Shown one piece after another: positions 20,351 to 30,178 of a stretch of DNA of 64,000 bases. Source of the stretch: a virus. The translations under genes and the position numbers were made by a program. The stretch lies in IMG/VR virus record IMGVR_UViG_3300021960_000019; one strand, written 5' to 3'. Numbering within the stretch: the first letter of the stretch is position 1; each line of letters starts with the position of its first letter. The notes below the pieces were generated by a model. It saw nothing but the letters and a program-made list of their open reading frames with translations, was not told the origin of the DNA and made no database searches.

Positions 20351-20779
20351 ATGTCAGAAATTGAAGCCGAATACAGAATTGTAAAATTTGTCAACGGAGA
20401 TGATGTTATTTCTGAAATTAGAGGCCTTGAAGATACAACAAATGATGTTATCTTTTTGGTAGATGCATATCAAATCCAAACGTTTCAAGTACCTACATCC
20501 GAAACCCAAACAGTCGCACTAAGAAAGTGGGCTCCATACACAGACGATATCACTGTACCTGTTAGTTTAAGAAATGTTATTTCTATCTCAAGTGTAAAAA
20601 ACGATCTACTACAATACTACATCAATATTGCCGAACAACAACGTGATTCTGGTGAACCGTTCATGGACGATATCGAGGAGTGTGGAGTACAAGAACTAGT
20701 AGATGCGGAAGAAACGGATTCTCTAACTCAAGATACATTGATAGAGATGTTGAAGGCAAGGAAAAGTACAGTTCATTAA
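20351..20779 (+). CDS. Conserved hypothetical protein (possible Sm-like fold)
   Basis: IVKFVNGDDVIS..LRKWAPY pattern; usual slot between uvsW and gp55. Confidence 0.65.
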   Translation: MSEIEAEYRIVKFVNGDDVISEIRGLEDTTNDVIFLVDAYQIQTFQVPTSETQTVALRKWAPYTDDITVPVSLRNVISISSVKNDLLQYYINIAEQQRDSGEPFMDDIEECGVQELVDAEETDSLTQDTLIEMLKARKSTVH

Positions 20780-20829
20780 TGTATCTAAATGAACTATATT
20801 AATATCCTTATTATCAATGGTCACTGACC

Positions 20830-20857
20830 ATTATACACCTTGTCAAGATAAAGTCAA
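20830..20857 (-). promoter_or_regulatory. Sigma70-like promoter facing leftwards (antisense)
   Basis: Minus strand reads TTGACT-N16-TATAAT. Confidence 0.5.
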
Positions 20858-20870
20858 TACTTTTTTTGAC

Positions 20871-20899
20871 TTGACAACAAAAAAATTTTATGGTATAGT
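20871..20899 (+). promoter_or_regulatory. Sigma70-like early promoter for gp55
   Basis: TTGACA-N17-TATAGT with a TGn extended -10. Confidence 0.85.
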
Positions 20900-20926
20900 G
20901 TATTAACTTTTTAAGGTGAATTAATT

Positions 20927-21469
20927 ATGAAAAAGAAAAAACAACATTACGTAGACAACAAGAAGCTTCTGGTAGCTATGACTGAGTTCAAAGAATCAGT
21001 AGAATCTGCAAAACTCAATGAGACACCTAGGCCTAGAGTACCGCCATACATTGGTGAAAGTATAATGAAAATTGCAGAACATCTATCATATAGACCCAAT
21101 TTTATCAATTACACATATAAAGAAGATATGATTTGTGATGGTATTGAAAATTGTCTTTTATATATTGACAATTTCGACCCAGAGAAAAGTAAAAATCCTT
21201 TCGCGTATTTCACTCAAATTATATACTATGCATTTATCCGTAGAATTCAAAAAGAAAAGAAACAGATGTATGTTAAGTATAAGTCTTTAGAAAATTCTGA
21301 TGTGGTTGATGAGATTATGCAAACTAGTGATGGTAATCCTATGAAAAATAATTATTTGGATTTTATTCAAAATAATCTTGGTGACTTTCTTTCAGATTTT
21401 GAAGAAACACAAAGAAATAAAAAGAAAAAACGAGGTAGAAAACCAAAGGTCGAGAGTACTGGAGAATAG
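20927..21469 (+). CDS. gp55: Late sigma factor gp55
   Basis: HYVDNK, IAEHLSYRPNFINY and NPFAYFTQIIYYAFIRRIQKEKKQ. Confidence 0.95.
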   Translation: MKKKKQHYVDNKKLLVAMTEFKESVESAKLNETPRPRVPPYIGESIMKIAEHLSYRPNFINYTYKEDMICDGIENCLLYIDNFDPEKSKNPFAYFTQIIYYAFIRRIQKEKKQMYVKYKSLENSDVVDEIMQTSDGNPMKNNYLDFIQNNLGDFLSDFEETQRNKKKKRGRKPKVESTGE

Positions 21470-21474
21470 TATAT

Positions 21475-22527
21475 ATGAAAGTCGCTTTGATTACAGACAC
21501 CCACTTTGGTGCTAGGGGTGATAGTATTTTATTTTATGATTATATGATGGAATTTTATAATAATGTATTTTTTCCAGAATTAGAAAAAAGAAATATAGAT
21601 ACAGTCATTCATCTTGGAGATGTTGTTGATAGACGTAAATTTATCAATTTTAATATCTTAACCAGAATGAAAAAAGAGTTTCTTGGAAGATTGCAAGAAA
21701 TGAATATAACTACCCATATGCTGGTAGGAAATCATGATACATATTTTAAAAATACAAATTCAGTCAATGCAATGAAAGAATTGATTGATGCATCACATCC
21801 TAATGCTCCTATCATATATGAAGAAGTAGAAAACATAAAGTTATCAGATGGTACTGATATTCTTATGTTGCCATGGATCAATTCAGAAAACTATAAATCA
21901 TCTCTTTCTGCAATCAAAAAAACTAAGTCTAAAATTTGTTTTGGACATTTAGAACTTGCAGGCTTTGAAATGATGAGGGGTCTTAAATGTGAAGATGGAA
22001 TGGACATGAAACATTTTGAAAAATTTGATTTGACATGCTCTGGTCACTTTCATACAAAATCTAATCAGGGAAACTTACATTATCTTGGTACTGCATATGA
22101 GTTATTTTGGAGTGATTTTAATGACAGAAAAGGATTTCATATTTGGGATACAAAAACCAATGAATTAGAACATATCATCAATCCATATAAAATGTTTAAT
22201 AAAATATGGTATGATGATAATACAAAAGTTACCGAAGATTTTTCGCATTTAAAAGACAAATATGTAAAGATAATAGTTAAAGAAAAAAGTAACGCATTTC
22301 ATTTTGAACAACTTGTAGATCAGATGTATCAAGTTGGAGTCGGAGACCTTGCAATTGTCGAAGATGAGATTGATATTGATTGGGAAGATACTACCGATGA
22401 AGATCATGCAGAAGATACAATCGCTCTTTTGTCAAAATATATTGATAATTATGAATTAGAGGTTGACAAAACTAAATTAAAGGTTATAATGCAAGAACTG
22501 TATTCTGATGCACTGAGGGGAGAATGA
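21475..22527 (+). CDS. gp47: Recombination nuclease gp47 (Mre11/SbcD-like)
   Basis: DTHFG, GDVVD, GNHD and GHFH metallophosphoesterase motifs. Confidence 0.95.
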   Translation: MKVALITDTHFGARGDSILFYDYMMEFYNNVFFPELEKRNIDTVIHLGDVVDRRKFINFNILTRMKKEFLGRLQEMNITTHMLVGNHDTYFKNTNSVNAMKELIDASHPNAPIIYEEVENIKLSDGTDILMLPWINSENYKSSLSAIKKTKSKICFGHLELAGFEMMRGLKCEDGMDMKHFEKFDLTCSGHFHTKSNQGNLHYLGTAYELFWSDFNDRKGFHIWDTKTNELEHIINPYKMFNKIWYDDNTKVTEDFSHLKDKYVKIIVKEKSNAFHFEQLVDQMYQVGVGDLAIVEDEIDIDWEDTTDEDHAEDTIALLSKYIDNYELEVDKTKLKVIMQELYSDALRGE

Positions 22528-22531
22528 TTCG

Positions 22532-23767
22532 TTGATGTATAGTTATGAGTCCTTTATGAAGGACTGTTTTGGTGAATATGATAAACCTACAATAGAACAG
22601 TTTAGAGATGAATCTAGGTTGATATACAATGCTGGAGAAGTTACGTTACGAGATTTTTCTAATAAGTTAGATGATAGTGATTATAGAAAACATTCTTTCG
22701 ATAACTGGTCAGAAATTCTACATCACGCATATATCACAAATTTTGAAAATATGATGAAGAAATGGTTTATTGCACATGCAGAATGTAATAATCCAGATAA
22801 GTTTCTTCGTTTCAATGTCGAGCCATCCAGATATAATATAGAAGATGGATTTATCATAGATGGACGAAAAGAAATCACAAGTGGTAGATTATTAAGAAAT
22901 ATATCATATAAAGGTATATACAAAGAAACAGGAAAAATTAATTCCAATGAAAAGGATACGATGTTAGGTGTCTTTGATAATATTATTAACAATAAATTTA
23001 GTGTGTCTGCTTTACTTACACCGAAAGTCTCTGACTTCCTCTCGTCAGGAAATTATGATAGTCTTTTTGCAATGCTTCGCGGCACCGCTAATCGTGCTTC
23101 TGTTTTTAATCCATACACTTATTCGTGGATATTAAAAAATGTATTTCCAGATGGTAAAAAACTTTTATCTCCAGTGATGAGTTGGTGTACTCCAGTGATT
23201 GGTGTTGCAAATTCTAATTATGATGAATTAGTTGCAATTGATGTAATTCCAGATGTTGTGAATAAGGCTAAAGAACTACACACTTATAGTGAAAATATGA
23301 GAAATACCTTTTTTGGTGATGATTCAAAATCTGGTACTTTCTTTTGTTGTCCATCAGAAAAACTTGATGAGAGGTACAAATTTAGTGAAACATATAAAGA
23401 ATATTTTGATTTGGTGTTTTTTTCGCCCCCATATTATAATTTGGAAGTTTATACTGGAGGAGAACAATCCCACGAATCATGGCAAACCTACGAAGAATGG
23501 TTAGATGGATACTGGCGTCCTACAGTAGAATTATGTCATCGTTGTCTTAAAGATGGTGCGACTTTTAGTTTTGTAATTGTTGAAGATTATTCAGAGTTGA
23601 ATAAAAAACGCATTCCTATTAGTGCTGATATGAAAAGAATTGCATCAGAATATTTTACTTATGATAAACTGATACATATTTCGTGGGGGGGTTTTAGTGC
23701 AGCCAAAAATTCTAATGAAAAAAGAAAAAACTTGTTAGAAAATGTACACATACTAAAAAAGGTATAA
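22532..23767 (+). CDS. Putative amino-DNA methyltransferase with atypical SAM-binding motif
   Basis: DLVFFSPPYYNLEVY catalytic motif; motif I region reads LLSPVMSWC; C-terminal half parallels the 26457 protein. Confidence 0.7.
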   Translation: MMYSYESFMKDCFGEYDKPTIEQFRDESRLIYNAGEVTLRDFSNKLDDSDYRKHSFDNWSEILHHAYITNFENMMKKWFIAHAECNNPDKFLRFNVEPSRYNIEDGFIIDGRKEITSGRLLRNISYKGIYKETGKINSNEKDTMLGVFDNIINNKFSVSALLTPKVSDFLSSGNYDSLFAMLRGTANRASVFNPYTYSWILKNVFPDGKKLLSPVMSWCTPVIGVANSNYDELVAIDVIPDVVNKAKELHTYSENMRNTFFGDDSKSGTFFCCPSEKLDERYKFSETYKEYFDLVFFSPPYYNLEVYTGGEQSHESWQTYEEWLDGYWRPTVELCHRCLKDGATFSFVIVEDYSELNKKRIPISADMKRIASEYFTYDKLIHISWGGFSAAKNSNEKRKNLLENVHILKKV

Positions 23768-23768
23768 T

Positions 23769-25496
23769 ATGATTGAATTTCAAACAATTAGATGGAAGAA
23801 TTTTCTATCTACAGGAAACAACTTTACTTCAGTAGATTTAAATAGATCACCAACTACGTTAATTCTTGGAACGAATGGTGCAGGAAAATCAACTATTCTA
23901 GATGCATTGACATTTGGACTTTTTGGTAGGCCTTTTAGAAAAATTAATAAACCACAATTGGTAAATTCGGTAAATGAAAAAGATTGTTTAATTGAAATAG
24001 AGTTTAAAATTGGTAGTAAGACATATAAAGTAAAACGTGGTATAAAACCCAATGTATTCGAAATTTGGAATACCTACAGTGGAGTTATGATTAATCAGGA
24101 CTCTAAGGCAAAAGATTATCAGAAATATCTAGAAGAAAATATATTAAAATTGAATTATAAATCATTTACTCAAACAGTAATTTTGGGTAGTGCAACATTC
24201 GTGCCGTTTATGCAACTAAGTGCAGCTGACCGTAGAGATATTATTGAAGATTTATTAGATATTAAAATCTTTACGACAATGAATGATATGTTGAAAATAA
24301 AACAGATTGAACTTAAAGATGAACTATTTGAGAATGATAAGAATAGAGAATTAACTGATCAGAAAATAGATATGCAAGAAAGATATATTGAATCTGCTGA
24401 CGCAAATAAACAAAAGGCTGTTCAAGAACATAAGGGAAAAATTGCATTAAAGACTATGGAAATCAATAGTCATATATCTGATGTAGAGGTATTTGGAAAA
24501 CAGGTAGAAGATTTAAATGAAAGTATAAGTGATTTTTCTAAAATTAAAAAGAAACAATCTAAACTGGACAATATTGAAAGTCAGTTAATGTCTAGTTCTA
24601 AAAAACACACTAAAGACATTAAGTGGTTTGAAAGTATAGATTCTTGTCCAACTTGTAAACAGTCTGTCACAGAAAATCATAAAAAGAATATGATTAGTGA
24701 TAAGAAGGAAAAAGTTGGTGAAATTGAAAATGCAATCACTGCACTATCTGCAGAGTTTAAGTCTGTTAATCTCCGCATGAATAAAATTACATCTATACAA
24801 GAAAATATATCTAATATAAATTCACAAATCGCAGAAAAGAATACAGTTGTTAGAATGTTACAAAAACAAGTTTCAGAACTAACAAATGAAATAGGTGTTA
24901 TGGAAAATGACGATTCCGCATCGGTCACTAAGTTGAATAAAGAATTAAAAGACTTAAAGAAAACATTAAGTGAACACAATAAGATTAGAGAAGAACTTTT
25001 AACAAAAAGAGAATATTATACAGTATCTTCTGTTTTGTTAAAAGATACTGGTGTAAAAACATCTATCATCAAGTATTATTTACCAAAGATGAATAAATTG
25101 ATTAATAAATATTTACAAGAGATGGATTTTTATGTCAACTTTACTATGGATGAAAAATTTAGTGAAAACATAAAATCTAGAGGTAGAGAAAACTTTTCTT
25201 ATGCATCATTTTCTGAAGGTGAAAAGATGCGTATTGATCTTGCACTACTCTTTACTTGGAGAGCAATTGCAAAGATGAAAAATAGTGTTAACACTAATTT
25301 ATTAATCCTCGACGAAGTATTTGATAGTAGTTTAGATAATTCTGGTACAGATGAGTTTCTTAAACTATTAAATACATTAGGTGGTAATAATGTTTTTGTT
25401 ATTAGTCATAAAGGCGAAATACTTTATGATAAATTCCGTAGTGTGATTAAGTTTGATAAGGTTAAAAACTTTAGCCAGATTGTTGAGGAAAAATGA
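23769..25496 (+). CDS. gp46: Recombination ATPase gp46 (Rad50/SbcC-like)
   Basis: GTNGAGKST, CPTC hook, FSEGEKMR and LILDEVFD. Confidence 0.96.
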   Translation: MIEFQTIRWKNFLSTGNNFTSVDLNRSPTTLILGTNGAGKSTILDALTFGLFGRPFRKINKPQLVNSVNEKDCLIEIEFKIGSKTYKVKRGIKPNVFEIWNTYSGVMINQDSKAKDYQKYLEENILKLNYKSFTQTVILGSATFVPFMQLSAADRRDIIEDLLDIKIFTTMNDMLKIKQIELKDELFENDKNRELTDQKIDMQERYIESADANKQKAVQEHKGKIALKTMEINSHISDVEVFGKQVEDLNESISDFSKIKKKQSKLDNIESQLMSSSKKHTKDIKWFESIDSCPTCKQSVTENHKKNMISDKKEKVGEIENAITALSAEFKSVNLRMNKITSIQENISNINSQIAEKNTVVRMLQKQVSELTNEIGVMENDDSASVTKLNKELKDLKKTLSEHNKIREELLTKREYYTVSSVLLKDTGVKTSIIKYYLPKMNKLINKYLQEMDFYVNFTMDEKFSENIKSRGRENFSYASFSEGEKMRIDLALLFTWRAIAKMKNSVNTNLLILDEVFDSSLDNSGTDEFLKLLNTLGGNNVFVISHKGEILYDKFRSVIKFDKVKNFSQIVEEK

Positions 25497-26140
25497 ACAG
25501 TTTGATGTGTAAAGACTATAGAGAAGTAATCGAGGATTATTCATATGATTACATTTTTACTAGTCCGCCAGATTTTGAGGAAATTGGGTCTGATCCAGGC
25601 AAGCCCGAAGATTACCAAGATTTCCTTATTGAAGTTTTTTCGAAAGCGACACCGAAAAAAGGATTAATTACTGTTGCATTTACAGACAGAAAATACAAAG
25701 GAACTATTGTACCAAAATCATCCATCTTAAAACATTCTATGATGGCAATTGGATATAAATTGCAAACACATAAAATATGGGTTAAATCAACTAAGGTAGA
25801 TTTGTTTAGATTGACATACGGTAATGTACTTACATTCGGTAAAGGTAAAACAAAACAGAATTTAGAAAAAGAATTTAAACCAGATGTGTGGATGGACGGT
25901 ACAGATAAATATAAGAAATTTGCATATGGAATGCCCGTAAATGTACCCAGAAGATGCATTCTTAATTATACTGCAGAAAATGATGTAGTATATGACCCAT
26001 TTATGGGTAGTGGTACAACTGCTGTTGCAGCACATAGGACAAATAGACAATATATTGGTTCTGAGTTGAGTTCGGAATTTCACCAACTATCAATTGAAAG
26101 AATTAATGAAGAAGGAACAAGAATGGATCAATTTCTATGA
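25493..26140 (+). CDS. N4C/N6A DNA methyltransferase, beta-class motif order
   Basis: FTSPPD near the N-terminus and VYDPFMGSGTT near the C-terminus. Confidence 0.8.
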   Translation: MNSLMCKDYREVIEDYSYDYIFTSPPDFEEIGSDPGKPEDYQDFLIEVFSKATPKKGLITVAFTDRKYKGTIVPKSSILKHSMMAIGYKLQTHKIWVKSTKVDLFRLTYGNVLTFGKGKTKQNLEKEFKPDVWMDGTDKYKKFAYGMPVNVPRRCILNYTAENDVVYDPFMGSGTTAVAAHRTNRQYIGSELSSEFHQLSIERINEEGTRMDQFL

Positions 26141-26460
26141 CTTTAACAGGTGCATCCCAAAACATGCCATTTAATGTAGATATGGCATTGAAAGCTCAAC
26201 AATATGGGCATCCAAACGTTTATCCGAATTCTGAATACATAAAACCACCATTAGAAAAGAAAAAACTGAGAGTGGTTGACCCTGCAACTAGAACTGAAAT
26301 CAGTATTCAGAGATTTAAAGATATGCAAGAAAGAGTCGATGAACTGAGAGAAACATTACAGACTAATAAAAATGGCTTGACATATGATCGGGTTTCTGGT
26401 AATATAGAGGTTAAATCAGAAAAGATAGATCAAGGTCAAGTTGTGGATATTAGTGTATGA
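26137..26460 (+). CDS. Hypothetical protein
   Basis: Start and stop overlap both neighbours (ATGA coupling). Confidence 0.6.
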   Translation: MTLTGASQNMPFNVDMALKAQQYGHPNVYPNSEYIKPPLEKKKLRVVDPATRTEISIQRFKDMQERVDELRETLQTNKNGLTYDRVSGNIEVKSEKIDQGQVVDISV

Positions 26461-27788
26461 ATGAGCAAGAACAAGTATTATATAATTATTTAGAGCAGTG
26501 TAAGAATTCAGATGGATTACCAGTTTTTGACAATCCATTGTTTTCTCATCTTACAGGCGAGTATGGTAGAGAGATGTTTCGTAAAGTACTTGCGGAATAT
26601 ATTACAACCGAAAAACCACCATTTCCGTTTAAAGAATTTAAATATGAAGATATGGTCAAATCTTTTAGAAAACTAAAAAAGACTGATTATTCCGATTATA
26701 TCCAACCACAAGACCAAGTACAAAAAGAAGTCATGGAAAAGTATGATGACTATAAGTATTCGTATGCAGATCATGGTTTGGGTATGGTTGATGTACCATC
26801 TACTTTCAATGAAGTAAGTGATTATTTTCACAATAAAGGACGTATGGCCTGTGGGTCGTATGGGTTTACTTCTCCAGTTGATAGGTGGAACAGTGGAGAC
26901 AACATTTGGGGTGTGCTAGGCCCCATCTGGCGCGGAGTAAACGATAGTTGGGAGTTGACACCCAAACAGTACTTAATGGCATTTAGACTTGGTACATACA
27001 TTGCCACGCAGTTTAAACCCATGGTCGCAAAAGTGTTTTATGAAATGACTTCTGCGAAAAGAGTTCTTGATACATCAATGGGTTGGGGAGATAGACTTGC
27101 TGGTTTCTTTGGGTCTAATGCAACACATTATATTGGATGTGATCCAAATCCAAATACTTTTGCAATCTATAAAATACAGGCAGAAGAATATTCTAAATTG
27201 ATTGGTAATAAGTATACCATCACAGAGAAAGAAGATTATTTTGCATTGTATGGTGATAAAAAATCATGTGTATTTTATCGTAGTGGTGCAGAGAATTTAC
27301 CATGGGATGAAATAACAGATATTGATTGTGCATTTACATCACCACCATATTTTTCTACAGAAAGATATAATGAAGGTGGTGAACATTCCGAAGATCAATC
27401 TTGGTCTAAGTTTAATGAATACAATGCATGGAGAGATGAATTTTACTTACCAGTTTCTACAAATTCATATAATTCATTACGTGAAGGTGGACATATGATG
27501 GTTAATATCATGGATCCGAAAATCAAAGGTAAAAGATATTATTCTGGTGATGAATTGGTCGACGAATTAAAAGATTCGTTTTTAGGACAAATTGGTATGC
27601 GAATCATGCAACGTCCACAGGGTAAAGCTGTCTTTTCTGATGAAAATGGTGACTTTGACAAAGAAAAAATGAATAATTTTATGAATAAACTTTACATGGA
27701 AAATGTGTGGACTTTTCGTAAGGGAAACAATGACTTAGACTTGTTTAGACACAAGAGAGTTGTAAGTTTGGATAGTTTCTTTTCATAA
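26457..27788 (+). CDS. Amino-DNA methyltransferase, alpha-type motif order
   Basis: VLDTSMGWGDRL (motif I), YIGCDPN and FTSPPYFSTERY (motif IV). Confidence 0.85.
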   Translation: MNEQEQVLYNYLEQCKNSDGLPVFDNPLFSHLTGEYGREMFRKVLAEYITTEKPPFPFKEFKYEDMVKSFRKLKKTDYSDYIQPQDQVQKEVMEKYDDYKYSYADHGLGMVDVPSTFNEVSDYFHNKGRMACGSYGFTSPVDRWNSGDNIWGVLGPIWRGVNDSWELTPKQYLMAFRLGTYIATQFKPMVAKVFYEMTSAKRVLDTSMGWGDRLAGFFGSNATHYIGCDPNPNTFAIYKIQAEEYSKLIGNKYTITEKEDYFALYGDKKSCVFYRSGAENLPWDEITDIDCAFTSPPYFSTERYNEGGEHSEDQSWSKFNEYNAWRDEFYLPVSTNSYNSLREGGHMMVNIMDPKIKGKRYYSGDELVDELKDSFLGQIGMRIMQRPQGKAVFSDENGDFDKEKMNNFMNKLYMENVWTFRKGNNDLDLFRHKRVVSLDSFFS

Positions 27789-27792
27789 TTGC

Positions 27793-27821
27793 TTGACATT
27801 ACCATCGTAATACTGTATTCT
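27793..27821 (+). promoter_or_regulatory. Sigma70-like early promoter
   Basis: TTGACA-N17-TATTCT; GCTTGACATT is shared with the promoters at 30101 and 36733. Confidence 0.8.
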
Positions 27822-27851
27822 TCTAGTATAAGTTGATTCGAAGGAGTAAAA

Positions 27852-30086
27852 ATGTCTAAGGTATTCCACACAAAAGAGTCAAAGTCTCTTCTCGCAAAAC
27901 TCATGTCCGAAGAAAATATTACGGTTCGTCATGAGAAAATCGAGACTGCATACTTTGATGTCAAAAATCGTGTACTCGCATTGCCTATCTGGCAAGATAT
28001 GAGTAATGATCTATACGACCTTTTGGTTGGTCACGAGGTAGGACACGCTCTATACACTCCAGAAGAAGGTTTGTTGGAGGCAGTTGCTCGTTCAAATCAA
28101 TCATTTGTTAATGTTATTGAGGATGCTCGTATTGAAAAACTCATGAAACGTAAGTTTGCTGGGTTGCGTACCTCTTTCATCAAAGGATATCAAGATTTAG
28201 AAGAACGTAATTTCTTTGAGATGAATGGTGTTTCTCCCGATAAAGTTGCCTTTATTGACCGTATCAACTATTTCTTTAAAACTGTAACTGCAAACCAACT
28301 ACTCGCTCGGGATTGGTTTTCTGACGAAGAAATGGTTTGGGTAGACCGCATTTCTGCCGCAGAAACATTTCAAGAAGTTGATGATATTGCTGCAGATTTG
28401 TTTGCATATCTAAAAGAGAAACAAGAAAATCAACAGGAACAAGAACAGGAACAGCAGAGTCAATCTTCATCTGATGGTGAACAAGATAACAATTCTGAAC
28501 AGTCTATGCCTTCACAAGGTAGTGAAGATCAACAGAATGATACTGACGGTTCTGGTGATGCAGATAGTGATGATGCATCAGAAGAAGATGGAGAAGATGA
28601 AACTAGTAACAAAAAAACTGAATCTAAAGAAGATACTGATGAATCTGAGGAAGAAGAAAAAAGTGAAAAGTCTGGTCAAAAAGAAGTAGACGAAAAGCTT
28701 CAATCACAAAGTGAACAAGATGGTTCTATACTAGGTGGTAAAGAAGGTGGTACTGGTGGTACTGCGATTGATGAACTCAAATCAAATACTGATGATGCAA
28801 TGTCTCGTAATTCGCAAAACCTAGTTGATAGAAATGCTCGTGAAATTACTTATGTCAATAAAGTTAACAATGATGTTTTCAATCGCCATGTTAACGATTG
28901 GACAGTTGTTGTTGGTGAATTGGAATCTCAAATAGGTACAGTATCTGATATGATGCCGGATTTCAACTCTGATAACAAAAATGCAATTTCTTACTTAGTA
29001 AAAGAATTTGAAATGAAGAAGTCTGCTGATGCTCATGCTCGGTCTATGACTGCAAACTCTGGACAAATTAATGCGAGTAAATTGTGGAGTTATCAGATTA
29101 ATGAAGATATCTTTAAAAAGAAAACAGTTTTGCCTGATGGTAAAAATCATGGTATGATTATGTTTGTTGATTGGTCGGGTTCTATGCATGGTAGTCTTTA
29201 TTCTACAGTGCGCCAGACTGTGACACTTGCAATGTTTTGTCGCCGTGTTGGTATTCCGTTTGAAGTTTATGGTTTTAATGATAATGGACGCAATGGTAAC
29301 ACAGACCAAATTGATAATAACAATGTTGGGGATATTATTATTGATAAAAGTTTAAATCTTCGTAATTATATTTCACATCGTATGAATGCTAATCAATTCA
29401 AAACTGCCTGTAACTTGATTTTGAATGTTGCACACAAAATTGATAACGACTACTGGAGTCAGACGTTTGTAAAAGATGGATTGTCTGGAACTCCTTTGAA
29501 TGCCGCACTATGGTGTGCAGACGAAATCATCTATCGTTTTCGCCGTGAAAATGGTTTGCAAAAAGTAAACCTAGTTGTACTTACTGATGGTGAAAATGGT
29601 GGTTGGGATCAATATGTACAAGACTACGGTAGTGCAAAACATGTAACATCATTCATGACATATCGCCGTACTAAAGTTGTTATGACCGATAAACAAACCA
29701 ATAAAGTTTTCACAAATAATGACGAAGATAGTACAAATTTCATTCTGCGTTTCCTACGTGAAAAACATAACATTAACGCAATTGGGTTTTATCTTGTTGG
29801 TTCTCGCCGTAGTGACGCTCGAAATGCAGTACAAAACTATGTTGCAAAAAATTACAATGATGTAACACCATTGGTTCGTCAACTTCGGAAGGATAATTTT
29901 CTTGTTAGTAAATCTACTGGTTATAATGAATATTATATTGTTAACGCAGTTGATGCAAAATCAACTGAACTTGAAGTTAATTCAGATATGACAAAAGGTC
30001 GGATTGCAAAAGCATTCGCCGCCCATAGTTCATCAAAGAAATCTAATCGCCAACTTTTGAATAAATTTGTCGATTTAGTTAAATAA
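27852..30086 (+). CDS. CobT-like protein: zincin HExxH domain, acidic linker, vWA domain
   Basis: HEVGH..EDARIE, D/E/Q/S-rich linker, MIDAS DWSGS and LTDGE. Confidence 0.85.
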   Translation: MSKVFHTKESKSLLAKLMSEENITVRHEKIETAYFDVKNRVLALPIWQDMSNDLYDLLVGHEVGHALYTPEEGLLEAVARSNQSFVNVIEDARIEKLMKRKFAGLRTSFIKGYQDLEERNFFEMNGVSPDKVAFIDRINYFFKTVTANQLLARDWFSDEEMVWVDRISAAETFQEVDDIAADLFAYLKEKQENQQEQEQEQQSQSSSDGEQDNNSEQSMPSQGSEDQQNDTDGSGDADSDDASEEDGEDETSNKKTESKEDTDESEEEEKSEKSGQKEVDEKLQSQSEQDGSILGGKEGGTGGTAIDELKSNTDDAMSRNSQNLVDRNAREITYVNKVNNDVFNRHVNDWTVVVGELESQIGTVSDMMPDFNSDNKNAISYLVKEFEMKKSADAHARSMTANSGQINASKLWSYQINEDIFKKKTVLPDGKNHGMIMFVDWSGSMHGSLYSTVRQTVTLAMFCRRVGIPFEVYGFNDNGRNGNTDQIDNNNVGDIIIDKSLNLRNYISHRMNANQFKTACNLILNVAHKIDNDYWSQTFVKDGLSGTPLNAALWCADEIIYRFRRENGLQKVNLVVLTDGENGGWDQYVQDYGSAKHVTSFMTYRRTKVVMTDKQTNKVFTNNDEDSTNFILRFLREKHNINAIGFYLVGSRRSDARNAVQNYVAKNYNDVTPLVRQLRKDNFLVSKSTGYNEYYIVNAVDAKSTELEVNSDMTKGRIAKAFAAHSSSKKSNRQLLNKFVDLVK

Positions 30087-30100
30087 TTCGCCTAAAACGC

Positions 30101-30129
30101 TTGACATTGCCATGTAAATATGGTTCAAT
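30101..30129 (+). promoter_or_regulatory. Sigma70-like early promoter
   Basis: TTGACA-N17-TTCAAT with TGn. Confidence 0.65.
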
Positions 30130-30178
30130 AGTAAAGTAAGAAGTGAATGATTCTGTGAAACCCTGTAAAGGATATATT

